A stretch of 64,000 bases of DNA from Tubiluchus corallicola (lineage: Eukaryota; Animalia; Priapulida): the NCBI GenBank assembly GCA_030141605.1, contig JAQGDQ010000192.1, positions 1-64,000 on the forward strand, in the 5' to 3' direction. Below the pieces are notes generated by a model. That model ran no database searches. It was not told the origin of the DNA and saw only the letters and a program-made list of their open reading frames with translations. The position numbers were made by a program, and so were the translations under genes. This document shows positions 44,638-56,544 of this stretch, piece after piece. Each line of letters begins with the position of its first letter. Position 1 is the stretch's first letter.

Positions 44638-44867
44638 AGAGGCATAGCTCAATGGTAGCGTGCTCACTTCCCACCTGGGAAGTCGCAGGTTCAAACTCCT
44701 GACCGAGTCATACCAAATGGTATCGCTAGTTCTTCGACCAAGCACACGAGTTTATCGAAGTAACATGTGGTTAATAATAATTGGGATAACGTTTGAAGTA
44801 AGTTACTTAAGGTGTTATCCCTGGACTATGTCCTAAGCGACATCAATTATAATTATATTATTATAAT
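44638..44867 (+). mobile_element. tRNA-derived SINE, copy 2
   Basis: A-box TAGCTCAATGG, B-box GGTTCAAACTCC, shared blocks gaccgagtcata, ttcttcgacca, tttatcgaagta and agttacttaaggtgttat, and a decayed ATT tail. Confidence 0.88.
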
Positions 44868-45096
44868 GAAATTTGTACACAACACCCAAAAAGAGACGAC
44901 TAAGAAAAGCGATGCTCCTAATGGTAGGCACTGTGCTTGCCCATTATAATGAGGACCAAAGTCATTTCAAAAAAATATTTTTCAAACTTAGTTAATATAG
45001 TACACAAAGTGCCTGGCGATCTTGGGCTGGCGAGTTTTGCATAAGCACAAAACACGATGTATAAAATTCTATAAAACAAGTATATATTAGGCATAC

Positions 45097-45181
45097 CTTT
45101 TTCTGGTCCAGCTCGTGTGGTCCGTGCTGTAATACTTTATCCACAGCTTGTGTGTCAGCAAACGTGACAAATCCAAATCCC
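45097..45181 (-). CDS. msi: Musashi coding exon 4 (RGFGFVTFADTQAVDKVLQHGPHELDQKK), RRM1 RNP1, 85 nt
   Basis: tttcag acceptor and gtatgc donor. Contains the RNP1 motif RGFGFVTF. Confidence 0.97.
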
Positions 45182-47467
45182 CTGAAATAAAATTAAATCT
45201 GTTAAGGGTAGTTCGATTCTGTTGTGCAAGCTAAATTTTAAATGGCTGTTTGAGCCTGCTTCACTTTTCAGCTAACATCATAATATTACGGGCAGCTACT
45301 ACTTGTTTTAAACTTATGAGTACAATAATCATCAGCAATTCATACAACTCTTGAAGCACCCATAAAGAGAGCTAAGTCAAAATGAGCAAAAATGCCAAAA
45401 ACATTCTCTAATAAAATAGACACTCTAAGCTACTAAATCTCCTACACATAAACAGCTACGTTGTTTTTTTCCAACGAACTCTGTGATTAATCTTCAATAG
45501 TTCTAATGCAATAAAACAATCAATACATGTGACTGTATAAAACATTAGTTTTACTATGTATAGGTGATGCACTTTAGCAAGTCATAAAACCGAATACGGA
45601 ATCAAAAATTCACCGAAACAGAAAAGTGTAAACAGTGTTAATTTATGGCTTAAATAATCGTTATACAGGACCTCGGCTTTAATGTTTTAATAAACAAAAC
45701 CGACATTATCAACACTGCATGAGAATCACGTGCGCCGTCAGGGATATTGGGCGCTGCCTTTATTGGTTTATCGTCCCAGTTTACAGCATGCGGTGGCATC
45801 AGTAGTTTCAAATGAATATTTACGATAACGCAGAAGTAATCTCTCACTTCCTTACGCGTTTCTTTAGCGCGGCGGCAGTGTGACAACGCGCGCGATTTTG
45901 CGCCTGTTTTACGATTATGGTGTAACTCTAAAACCCGTCTGGAGACAGAAAAACGTTAAAAACTGTGATGAACTTAAATGGTGCATAAGGCCTGATCGTT
46001 AGCAAAAATATTGTCAATGGCGGACAATATCCTAGTCTGCGATACATATAAAGCAAGTGTAACCTTCTTAACATCTCCTGTATAAACCTAATTGTAATTA
46101 TGGATATCATACATAACTTGAATCCAACATTAATAATTAAATAACGACTCTCTGAAGATAACCTTTTTGGTTTTTACAAATGCATGATCCATCTAAACCT
46201 GTCTAAAAATTCACCTCCCGAAATCACGTGCATATGTTAACTCAGCATTGCCCATTTTAATTCACTTGCCCATAGTAACTGACCAACGCAAAAGCAAGCA
46301 TCAGTTACTACAAATACCCTAAATAGTTATTCTACCAATTATGAAAGCAACAGTACTTTGCCTATTACCGTAGTTAAGTTACACTTAACTTAGTGCTGAA
46401 CTAATTAGGCTTTCACCTGGGCTATTTCGCTACCCAGGCTTGTCAGTTTGTTTACTAGTGCGCCATTTTTGTTTACTGTCAATCTTGATTATTATCTTGA
46501 CAAATAACTATACTTTGCAGCATTATAATCACTGTTTACTAAATTCTGTACTATGAACTGCACTATCATTGCTCGGCAATGCTTGCAAAACTTGTGTAGA
46601 TTTTCCTACTATTTATGCTGCATTTGCTGAATGGTTGTCCTAGTTTGCCCAAAAGGTTTTCTCTATATAAAACTGCTCAGCCTGACAAAATTATAATGAA
46701 AGGATTACTGCTGACTCTATACTGGCCAGCTTGTCAAGCAACTTCACGAAACTGGTTTATATCCTATAAATTATAAATTTAACATTAAATAAGTCCTTGG
46801 TAAAATTATCGTAAACTCCTTATCATATATCATGATAGAAGAGAAAGTTTTCAATTTTCGAAAAAAACTATTAATAAGCTAGTCATTGGTCTCAACAAAT
46901 TTAGCAACAATACATGTAGCAGCTATTATAAAAGCATCCTCAAGTGGCAAAGCTTGAAAACAATACTTTCATATTTGTTTATACCATTAATTTGCACTCA
47001 TGAGGTACAATCATTACCAAGAAGAACAATATACATAAGATAAGATAAACATATTACAAAAAAGATGAGATAAATTACAGCAAAAATTAATTCACTATGT
47101 TACTTTGTAAAAAAATGTTATTACAGAAAAGGGTCTAAAACTCTATAAAACACAAGTGAAAATCCATATCAGCTAAAAAACCAAACTATTTACAACCAGT
47201 ATGTTGCTGAAGAATTATACAGTGTATTATAAGGAATTGCTATTACATAAAGCTAGAGAAGCTGCTATAAATACGAATGCACTTTTTTAAATACCAAAGC
47301 CCCATAGTTTCATCCACATCTTTTAAATGCAGAGGTCGCCAGCAGTGCAAATACACGCAATTCCAGGGCACCAAAACATACTGTATAGATCTGCCTAGCA
47401 GGCCTTGCAACTCAGCGGGATGGACAACACGTAGCAAAGACTGTATATAGCGAAATTTTCCACTTAC

Positions 47468-47549
47468 CTAGATCTTTTGGTGGTAGGATCACGCATGACC
47501 ATGCACTCCGTTACTTCTCCAAATTTACTGAAATACTCCCTCAGGCCAT
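47468..47549 (-). CDS. msi: Musashi coding exon 3 ([28 protein letters not shown]), 82 nt
   Basis: ttgcag acceptor and gtaagt donor. Phases 1/2 fit the neighbouring exons, and the peptide is near-identical to Musashi RRM1. Confidence 0.97.
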
Positions 47550-49458
47550 CTGCAAAGTAGAAAGAACTATTCGTCAAAATTAAGTAACATACAGTACTTA
47601 CACTGAGCAGTTAAATAAAAGTTGAGCAAATCAAGTAACATACAGAGTAGTTACGTGAGCACGAATGCATTACGCCTATAAGCCTAGTTGGGGCTTGCTA
47701 ATTATAACTAATTCGTGGATAAAATCCTGGATACATATATTGTAACTGTACAATGACAAATTAATGGTTCCTTTAGATGGTTCTTTAGAATTAAAATGAT
47801 TACGATTATGATAATGATGTCATTTACTAGGCACTCGAAAGACAATTTTTCAGCTCAGCAAACAAGATGTCCATATTTAAAAGGCTTACATATGCATTTA
47901 TTTACATTTTTGTATTCTTGAAAATACAATGTAAGCTGCTCGAAACTGTTACCAAATCACAAATTTCTACCATTCATTTGCTGTATCAATTTTATTAGCA
48001 CTACAGTGATTGACTATAACCATCTATAAAATGTGGAATAGTGCATAATTTTGATTGGCAATCTCTAGATGACACAAGGCTGGTTGGATAAGACAAATTC
48101 TTCCCTTAAGATCAGCCAGCAGGCATCACACACAGAAACACACGCATACACCAAATCAATACTGCCATGTTAGTAAAAGAATGTAATAGAAACGGTTTAG
48201 CTCAGCCATTACTGATTCATTGGATTTCTGAGCGCGCTTATAAATACAGTAAACTTGCTTGGACTGCACATCTATCTCAATGTATCTTAAGTTACGATAT
48301 CGATGTTGGCTATTTCACAAGATTATAGTGATCAAGAAAATCTACTTTCTGCCAAAGTTCGATATAGCATTTGGTTAAAATACATGATATCTAAACAACC
48401 AATACAAGACCAACACTCCAACAGACCATCTTATCTTCAGAACAAGAACTCTCGGGCAAATACGACGTGTTTGACCATTGGCAATCTTTTGACCAAATGA
48501 CCACAGTGCTACATACATAAAAGTAGAACCACACTGAGGCATGACAAGCTAGGTAGTTAGCAAAACTTTTAAGCACCCAGTTAATTAATTGATTAATGTT
48601 ATTAGACAATTACCAGACCACCGTATATTAAACATGTTATCTACCGTTATATTTAGTAGCTTATCAAAATTTCTAAGCTATTTTTCTCAAAGGTCTGACA
48701 ACATTTTTGGAGATGCATCCCTAGTTTGACAAACACACTTAAGCAGTTGTATGAATGGTGCAGCTGGATTCTGGACACTTCTCAGACGCCAAATTTTCTT
48801 TTTGGAAGTCAGCTTTCAGGGCTAATGTGAACAGTGCCTTACAAACATTGCAGCTGCCAACACATTTTCCTGTTTACTTGGCAGAGGCTATTCTACAGCA
48901 ATCAACTAAACGCCACACTCATAAATTCACATCGATGGAAGCCTAGACATACAACTCACAGGGGAAATAATATGCCAACAAATTTTCACTTTTGAGCTTA
49001 TTATCCATAGCTACTGACTAAAACAATTAGCATTTAAACTACAGAACTGAAAGCATGCTACTTGTAGCCTTTGCTGCTACTACAAACCTTAGTAAGCCTA
49101 CTAATTACAAAAAAAATCATATGTATGTACCAAATTATTATATGGTAATTTATTTAATGTATCAGGTCTAGAAAATTGCCCCAAAAAAATGGTGAAAGAA
49201 AGTGAATAAAGTCTTTCAAACAAGTGGTCCCTCTGCACTCCGAAACAAAACACCAGTGTTAAATTTGAAGCATCAGCTCTACTCGAATACAGCAAACAAC
49301 AGCGAAAACATTAAAATGTGGATTTTATAGGAATAAAGGTCATAAGATTCAAGTTGCCAAACCTGCAGATTAATGTCATCGAAATGATTCAAAAATGAAC
49401 ACACACACACAACAGAGTGAAAATCTTAAAAAAAACAAATGCAAATAATTTCGTTTAC

Positions 49459-49499
49459 CTGGTGTTGTTTGCCAACTCAGGCCTCCAATGAACATTTTT
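49459..49499 (-). CDS. msi: Musashi coding exon 2 (KMFIGGLSWQTTP), RRM1 RNP2, 41 nt
   Basis: tttcag acceptor and gtaaac donor. Diagnostic Musashi-family peptide. Confidence 0.96.
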
Positions 49500-50289
49500 C
49501 TGAAACAATAGGAAACAACAACTTTGAAAATTGACGAGTAGTGTTTACAGCCATAAATTATAAAAATAAAGAGAAAGTTAATCACAAGATTTAATAATAA
49601 AATAATAGGTGTATGTTAACAAACTTTTTTGAGATAAACAACACCTTATTAACCAATTGTACTACAAAGGCCTAACTGGCCTATATCACAATTTAATCAA
49701 TCATGTCACACCTATTCTAGAGATATTTATTCTCTGTTGCAAAGAGCATAAAGCAGTAATGGAACAATCCAAAGAAGGAGGAACTTTTTAACTATAACTT
49801 TTTACTTCAAACCCCACTATGCTTGGCCCATCAGGTTCAGTCTATATCGAGATATCATATCTCGATATCGCAACTAAATTGTTACTTCAGCAATATTAAA
49901 CCACAGTTAAGGACAGCTCAGATGTAAGGATTAATTCTTTTGCAATGCCTCAAATTAGCCTTAACTACATACTAAATTAATAAATTCCACATTGGCATAA
50001 ATAAAAAAAAATCAAAGAAAATCAAGCTCCATGTTCTAACGGAGTGCAGACAACTAGGATATCAAATAGACCTCTTATATGAGCTAGATAAGGTTAATTA
50101 TATCAAGAACAACACTATCTAAAGCTTACATGTTACGATAACTTAAACCACTCATAATCACTGTAAAAAAACATCAAGTCATTACTCAATATTTTAGTAT
50201 GATCGTTTATTTTTACCTCTAATTCAGCAGCCAAACTTAGACTCCTCCCCAATCCCAATACGCGGATGTTCTCGTCTCTATGTTTATTT

Positions 50290-50560
50290 ATCTACATTTT
50301 CTTTAAGCCTTTTCTAAACATATTCTTACTCTTCTTCACAAACATCTTCAAATCGAACAATGTAGCTTTAATGTCCCACATTAAAGCTTTCTGTTCACTG
50401 GAACATATTCCAAGAATAGGGCCTAAGTGCTTAACTCCATCATTATTTCTGTTGTTTTGCACCCAATAAAAAATACGACCACAGAGCTGTGGATTCCACA
50501 GATATGGATCGTAGCTATGATAAATTCTTGTTAAAACTATATTGGTTTTACACTGCATTC
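50290..50560 (-). mobile_element. Highly decayed LINE ORF2 C-terminal remnant in Musashi intron 1
   Basis: HSYD and GVKHLGP..FVKKSK resemble the HxYxTR / SIxYxGPxLWN..FKxxLK end of CR1/L2-group ORF2. Confidence 0.4.
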
Positions 50561-51393
50561 ATTGGTCTACTCAGATATTTTTACTTGAAAACACTTATTG
50601 ATAGTTAAGAGAAAACAATACTAACATTGAAAACTGTAAGTAATTCTTAAGCAAGTCTCAATAACAATCAAATTTTATTGACCATAAACTGACTACATTC
50701 AACTCCAAAAAGCTATTGGCTGCTAATTTACTGCATCACACCCATTCCATAGTTTTACTAGCTAATATACAATGCAAGATTTAATAACACCAACTCACTT
50801 ATTGTCGCAATTAGTTATTGATTTTCCCTCATAACAGGGAACAATGGGCATTCATAAGCTACAAATTCAACGTCTAGCAAATATGGTGTAAAACACCTTT
50901 CTTGTGTTTTTCGCTTTTATACTGCATTACTTGACGTTTCAGTTTTCATATGCAAATTGGTCTATCAAGTCACCACTTCTAGAACTGCAATAAACTGTGT
51001 ATACGATGCTTGCACCATAAAAATACGTGTAATTTTTGCAGTTTGTCATCATGCAAAACATATTCATTCAAAGGTTCTTACTAATTATGTAATTTTTTAT
51101 TAACTTCATGCATTTGCGTTTGTAGCATATTAACTAGAGAGTCAATTATAACGCCAATGTAAAAATTACTACAACGAATTTAAGCCTACTGCGCAGCAAC
51201 AAACGTTGCGTTTTGAAAATACGTTGAACTTCAGTTGCGTTTTGAAACTGACTTAAAGTGCACGGACATACCGCAAGCCGCCATGACATCCAAGGCAAAG
51301 AAAAGAAGTGAACAACCAAAAGCGAAGCAATTTCGAAAATATTTTGATGGATTACGCTACAAAAAGCGAAAAATTAATTACAACAATACTTGC

Positions 51394-51455
51394 CCTGGAT
51401 CATTCGATATCTCGCTAGGGCTGCCAGTCGACATTTGTTGGCTTTCAGTCTCCAT
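51394..51455 (-). CDS. msi: Musashi coding exon 1 (METESQQMSTGSPSEISNDP-G), 62 nt
   Basis: ATG at 51455. Ends in NDPG, which joins exon 2 in phase 2 to give the conserved Musashi DPGKMFIGGLSWQT. The donor reads GG|GCAAGT (GC donor). Confidence 0.85.
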
Positions 51456-51527
51456 TATCCTACGTTTTCTAATACTATCAACTAAACCTACGTAGTTACA
51501 CTGCAGCTGTTGAGCTTACTCTCCAAA

Positions 51528-51585
51528 CACACTGAACACCACGTGCTAGAATCGCGCAAGAAAACTCTCGCGCAGATTGGTCGAA
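51528..51585 (-). promoter_or_regulatory. Putative Musashi core promoter
   Basis: CCAAT on the minus strand at 51576-51580, E-box CACGTG at 51540-51545, Inr-like TCAGT at 51531-51535 and local CpG enrichment, about 80 nt upstream of the ATG. Inferred from motifs only. Confidence 0.45.
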
Positions 51586-51963
51586 AATAAAGAACCGACA
51601 GGGATGTGAAGTGCAGAGGGCAGCTAAAGGTCAAAATTGTATTTGAGCGCTGTAATCGACAATCTGATTAGATTTGGTCACAAAAAATGTGCGCAAAGCC
51701 TTCGGAACTATTGAAAAGGCCCAAGAAAATTCGGTTCAGAGCCCACACAAATACATCTGTTTGCAAATACATATCATCTGGCAGGAATATGCAAGAACTA
51801 GTTTTAGGCTCTATTAACAAACACTTTCAACAAAATATTAAAGGGTGCTGTTACAATATTCAGTCATGGAGTTACAGTACTGAGAACAAAGCTAGAATTG
51901 AAAACAATTCGATACTAGCGCAAGTAAGGGTTAAGTGCTGCTTTAATTAGATTGCCCGAATCG

Positions 51964-52120
51964 GACCTTAATGCAGCCTTAATATAGCCAATTCTGCCAC
52001 AATAACTGGTCCCATGCTGGGCTAGTGTTGGCTGCCTGGGTCAGGCCTTAATGAAGCCTTAAAACAGCCAATTGTGGCACAGTAACCGGTTCTCTGCTGG
52101 GCCAGCGCTGGCTGCTTGGA
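51964..52120. repeat. Two-copy 80-bp GC-richer tandem repeat
   Basis: ccttaatg(c/a)agccttaa..agccaatt..gctgggc..tggctgc begins at 51966 and again at 52046. Confidence 0.85.
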
Positions 52121-52545
52121 ATTGGGCCAGTAACATGCCAGTGTGCAAGCGGTTCTGGCGCGATATAGGCAAGTTACTGGCCTGACTACCGGTTTTGGTA
52201 ATAATTATGTAATTTGTAATTGTAATTTTAAACAAACAAACATTTATGCGTTTAAATATTATATATACGTATATACATATATACATATATACAAACGTTT
52301 GTACACAAACTTAATACAAAATACTTTTTGCTTACTAATAGCCTAAATTAACACAGTCCAAGGTTGATCCATTCACGGTAAGCACGTGATAACTGACAAC
52401 AAACTGTGTGAGTGACAGTACTTTCTCTGCCTGGGCTCTGACATGTATGCATGGCCTCATGCACATAACAGCGCTGCTGAAGCGCACTCTGTTGGGCTGT
52501 GAAGTATACAGTACTACCCTCACGTGCTCTGGTTCCGTACAAATA

Positions 52546-54070
52546 TAGTAGTAGTTGTTGTTGTTGTTGTAGTAGTAGTAGTAGTAAATCTCCAGTAGTT
52601 ATAATATAACTTTTGAGACAAATAGTTCTTCGACTGATCCAGATACATATTTGTATGCACCAATTAGTTGGCCACATAAACGTCTAAAAGCTAATGTAGT
52701 TAAACCTATTTGTTTTAACTGACTTTCATACGACAAGTTCATTAGTTCCGGTAACATATTGAAAGCTCTCATTTGGACAGTTTCGACTGGGTCCACTATA
52801 TATGCTCTAGGACTATTCCAAATACTACTTCCATACTCCACTGTTGATCGCACAAATGCCACATATAGAAGCTCAAAAGTTTGCAGATCTAGGTACTTGA
52901 AATTCCTCCTTATTAAAGCATTGTTTTGTTTGGCATTCTTTATGATTTCTGCTAGGTGATCTTTAAAATTTAGTTTATTATCAAGCAATAATCCAAGGTC
53001 TTTCTCACAAGCACTAAAGTCCAATTCTGCCGGAATGCCACTTGCATCATACATTTTGTATTTATACTCATATCCTGCTCCCACAGATACAACCTTACAC
53101 TTGTTGGGATGGAACTGCATACCATTTTCAACTGCCCAATCCCAGAGCCCTTCTAGATCCAATTGAAGATCATTACAGCTGGTAAAAGAATCAGATTCAG
53201 ACCAGATTTTGCTGTCGTCAGCAAAAAGACGAAGAGTTTCTCACACAACTAGGCAAGTCATTTATAAATACCACAAATAAACACGGACCTAATACCGAAC
53301 CTTGCGGTACACCACTAGTAATCAAGGACTCAGTCGATTTATAACCATCAACACACACAAATTGTCTTCTATTTTCTAAGAAGTTTACTATCCACTGTAA
53401 AACTGAACCAATTATACCATAATTTTTAAGTTTCGCAAACAGAAAGTGATGAGGTACAACATCAAATGCCTTTTTCAGGTCCAGTAATATTATATTAAAG
53501 GGCTTATTAGCATCTTTTAACTCAAACCATGCATCGTAACATTGCAACAGTTATGTAACTGTGGTTTTACCCTTAACAAACCCATGTTGTTCTTCACAAA
53601 TAATGTTGTATCTTATCAGATGGTTCATTATATGCTTCCGTATGATTTTTTCTGTCACCTTATTAATTGTATTTAGTAAGCTAACTGGCCTGTAGTTCGA
53701 TAGATCTGACTTGTCCCCTTTTTAAGAATGGGAATAACCTGTGCCACCTTCCATTGTCCAGGTAACTGACAATCAGCAAAAGACCTATCCAGCAAGGTGT
53801 ATATAGGCTTAAAAAGCACAGTTCTACATTCATTTAAAATACGTGGATGGTAACTATCTGGAGCAGGTTTGTTTACATTGAGATTTTGTAACTCAAAAAG
53901 CACCTCTTTTTCAGTTATGGAAACATTGTTGATATCAGGATATTGTTGCACTGTAGTTACTTCATAGTTAGAAGTGTTGAGACTGAATACACTAATGAAA
54001 AAATCGTTCAAAATTTGTGCCTTCCCCTCTGAATCAGAGACAAGAATACCTTGGGAATTCTTCAGTGAAT
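52546..54070 (-). mobile_element. Decayed, 5'-truncated CR1-like LINE (ORF2 reverse transcriptase) followed by an (ACT)/(ACA) microsatellite
   Basis: Three frameshifted ORF pieces contain WKVAQVIPILKKG, LDLKKAFDVVPH, SGVPQGSVLGP, FADD, EKDLG and VRSTVEYGSSIW. The simple repeat lies at 52546-52586. Confidence 0.93.
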
Positions 54071-55279
54071 GATAAAGAAAGAACTAAAGAATGAATATTA
54101 TCGATAATTTTGAGTGAAAATACGGGGTGCTGCAGTTCCACAGTACCTATACATGAGCCGCCACTGTTTGCCATGCAAGTGAAACTGTATCTCCGCTCGA
54201 GGAACTTTTACTCACTATTGCAGAACTGCAAAAAATAGGTAGCCTACCGTGAACAGCTACAGATATAACAATACTTGTTGACAAAAGTCGTAAACTCAGT
54301 GAGCCCACGAACTGAAACACGTGGATACATGAAAACAGACGTCAGCCTTAGGATAGCTTATTTGAAACCACTCATACAAAACCATTCCAACTGCCAATCC
54401 CATATTACTCACAGTTTTTGTACACTCTAGCAAAATGTTATGTAGCACCTGCCAATATGTAATACACATATGTGCCTTTACTATTATCCCAGATAGCCTG
54501 GGTTATTAAATTCTAAAAATAAAAAAAAATGAAAATACAAGTATAGTAAATTACATCTGATTACTCCAATGATCGAGCGTAACTACAACGGCTTTTTGAC
54601 CGTGATGACCATAGCTTTTTACTACTTATTTTTTTTTTTATATTGTTGGTCTGGTTAAACTCTGTTTTTAATTATTTTATTGTGGTGCATATATTTATAT
54701 AATTTTTTTATAGTGCCAGGTCATAGTCAATGTATAATATCGGTGCATGATTTTCTCGATAGTTTGGGTTTTGTTTTCTACAGCTTTTGAATAAATGTTT
54801 TTCTTTAGAGCATCTGCTGTAAATTCTGGCACTAATAAAGACTCCATTCAGACCCGAGTGGGTCTTGGTACATTTCAGGGTGGATCTTCTATCATTATTA
54901 CTCCATTTGAGGTGTGAACTGTGAAGAATCGGTGGCTCACCACAGTGACTATACCTTAATTAGTACTAATGAGTTCCAATCATTCAATGTCATGAACCAT
55001 TATGGAAGTATTAGTATTGCATAGACAATTTAATGTGCTCCATGTAAAAAAACAATTTCTATTCTATTCTGTTCTATGCAATGACTAATCTGAATTATAT
55101 GTATGTCTCTTCTTGTTTCTTCATGTAGGTGTAGTAACTTTGATCCAGTAACTCGTGGACTGTTTGATTATTGATACCTTGTTTTTAGAACACAACAATT
55201 TTGAGGATTTGAATTATTCAGATCAGAAATATAATTTTATTTAAAGCGTGTTTATGTCGAAACGAGATCGCTTAGTCGT

Positions 55280-55383
55280 AGAGAGAGATTGCGAGAATGA
55301 GCAGCAATCGTGCAGGGCATCTCGCCAATCAGGTAACACCCGCGCGTGCTTTAAATTTGTGTTGCACAACAGTCAACAGTTCG
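55280..55383 (+). promoter_or_regulatory. Putative myosin promoter and short non-coding first exon
   Basis: CpG-rich patch with CCAAT at 55325-55329, then CCGCGC-N4-TTTAAA at 55340-55355, then a strong donor G|GTAAGA at 55383/55384. Confidence 0.55.
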
Positions 55384-55598
55384 GTAAGAAATTTATAATT
55401 ATAAAATTTCTGTAAAAAATCCCGAGTATAATATGATTTTATTCTAATCAGGCTTTTACATACATTTTAGTGGTGTATACTGCTAAGAAATATTTGCACA
55501 ATGTCATTTACTTTAATGCTGTACGTTATGTATTGTTAAAAATGTACCGTGATTGAGTACTAATAAGTAATAGTAATAGTAATACTACTACTAGTAAT

Positions 55599-56290
55599 TG
55601 TAGGGAGCCGAGTTGACCACTGAGCCAAGTAGACCACTTCCGGTAAAACCGATGCGCTAAAAGTAGTGTCCTACATGGGCAGCCCAAGTAGGACACTAGC
55701 GATTTTTGTCGAGAATCGGTAATTTTGTCAAATTTTTGAAATTTTGTCCTCCATTATGGCATTAATATATCATAACATTAAACCTAGTATCTAATGCTTT
55801 AAAGAGAGAAATTCTGCACACAGTTATTACAGAAATAATTGCAAATTTAAAAATGAGAGAGATGCTGCTAAGCATGTAGGACACATAGATCGCTAGAACA
55901 TTTACTTATAAGAAAACAATTATTTGCCCAAGAGGTAGTGAAACGGGTCACCTGTTTGTGAAGTGAGACAAAATCAAAAATGATATACCTTAAACAAATG
56001 TTGAATTCGCAAAAAAGTGTTTTTTTCACTTCAACAACATTAATATCGAAACCAAATTAATATTGTCCGTTCTACCAGCTCAGAATAAAATTCTTTTATT
56101 TTATTAGATGTATAATAAATTATTCAATGTGTACTAACGTTTTTAATTATTATTATTACATAAACAAGCACAACGGACGGTGTCAGTACACTTAACGACT
56201 CAATTCGCGACCTGTCTCTAGTGTCCTACTTGGGCAGCCCAAGTAGACCAATTGGTCTACTTGGCTCAGTGGTCCACTCGGCTCCCAACA
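55599..56290. mobile_element. MITE (non-autonomous DNA transposon), about 690 bp
   Basis: About 35-bp terminal inverted repeats GGGAGCCGAGT(T/G)GACCACTGAGCCAAGTAGACCA with one mismatch. Subterminal palindromes at 55664-55698 and near 56240-56266. Confidence 0.88.
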
Positions 56291-56544
56291 GTAATAACTA
56301 ATACTACTATGTTGATTTCTATATACCTTCGCATATTTCGCATACATATGCACTAGTAACTTATAGACTGCCGTTTACAATTTGTTCTTGTTTTACAAGT
56401 AAGTTTTTTTCTATCATTTAGTTGTTTATTCCTGATTTTGTGTATGAAATTCACGTTTAGAGCTAAAACTAAGGAAAACTATTCATTCTTGCCGAATTTC
56501 AATAAGATCATAAATTGCAATGTCGAACAACCACATTATAATCA

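Noticed and set aside
493-51950. Dozens of 60-110 aa ORFs in the track
   Set aside because: Expected by chance, many with TTG/GTG starts that are irrelevant in a eukaryote. Only 49376..49585 overlaps a real exon in frame.
52348-52677. ORF with poly-L/poly-Q run
   Set aside because: It is a translation of the microsatellite at the LINE 3' end.
55299-55383. ATG-initiated frame MSSNRAGHLANQ.. as a coding first exon for the myosin
   Set aside because: Both available donors are phase 0 and lead to a stop early in the 59375 exon. The region is better explained as promoter.
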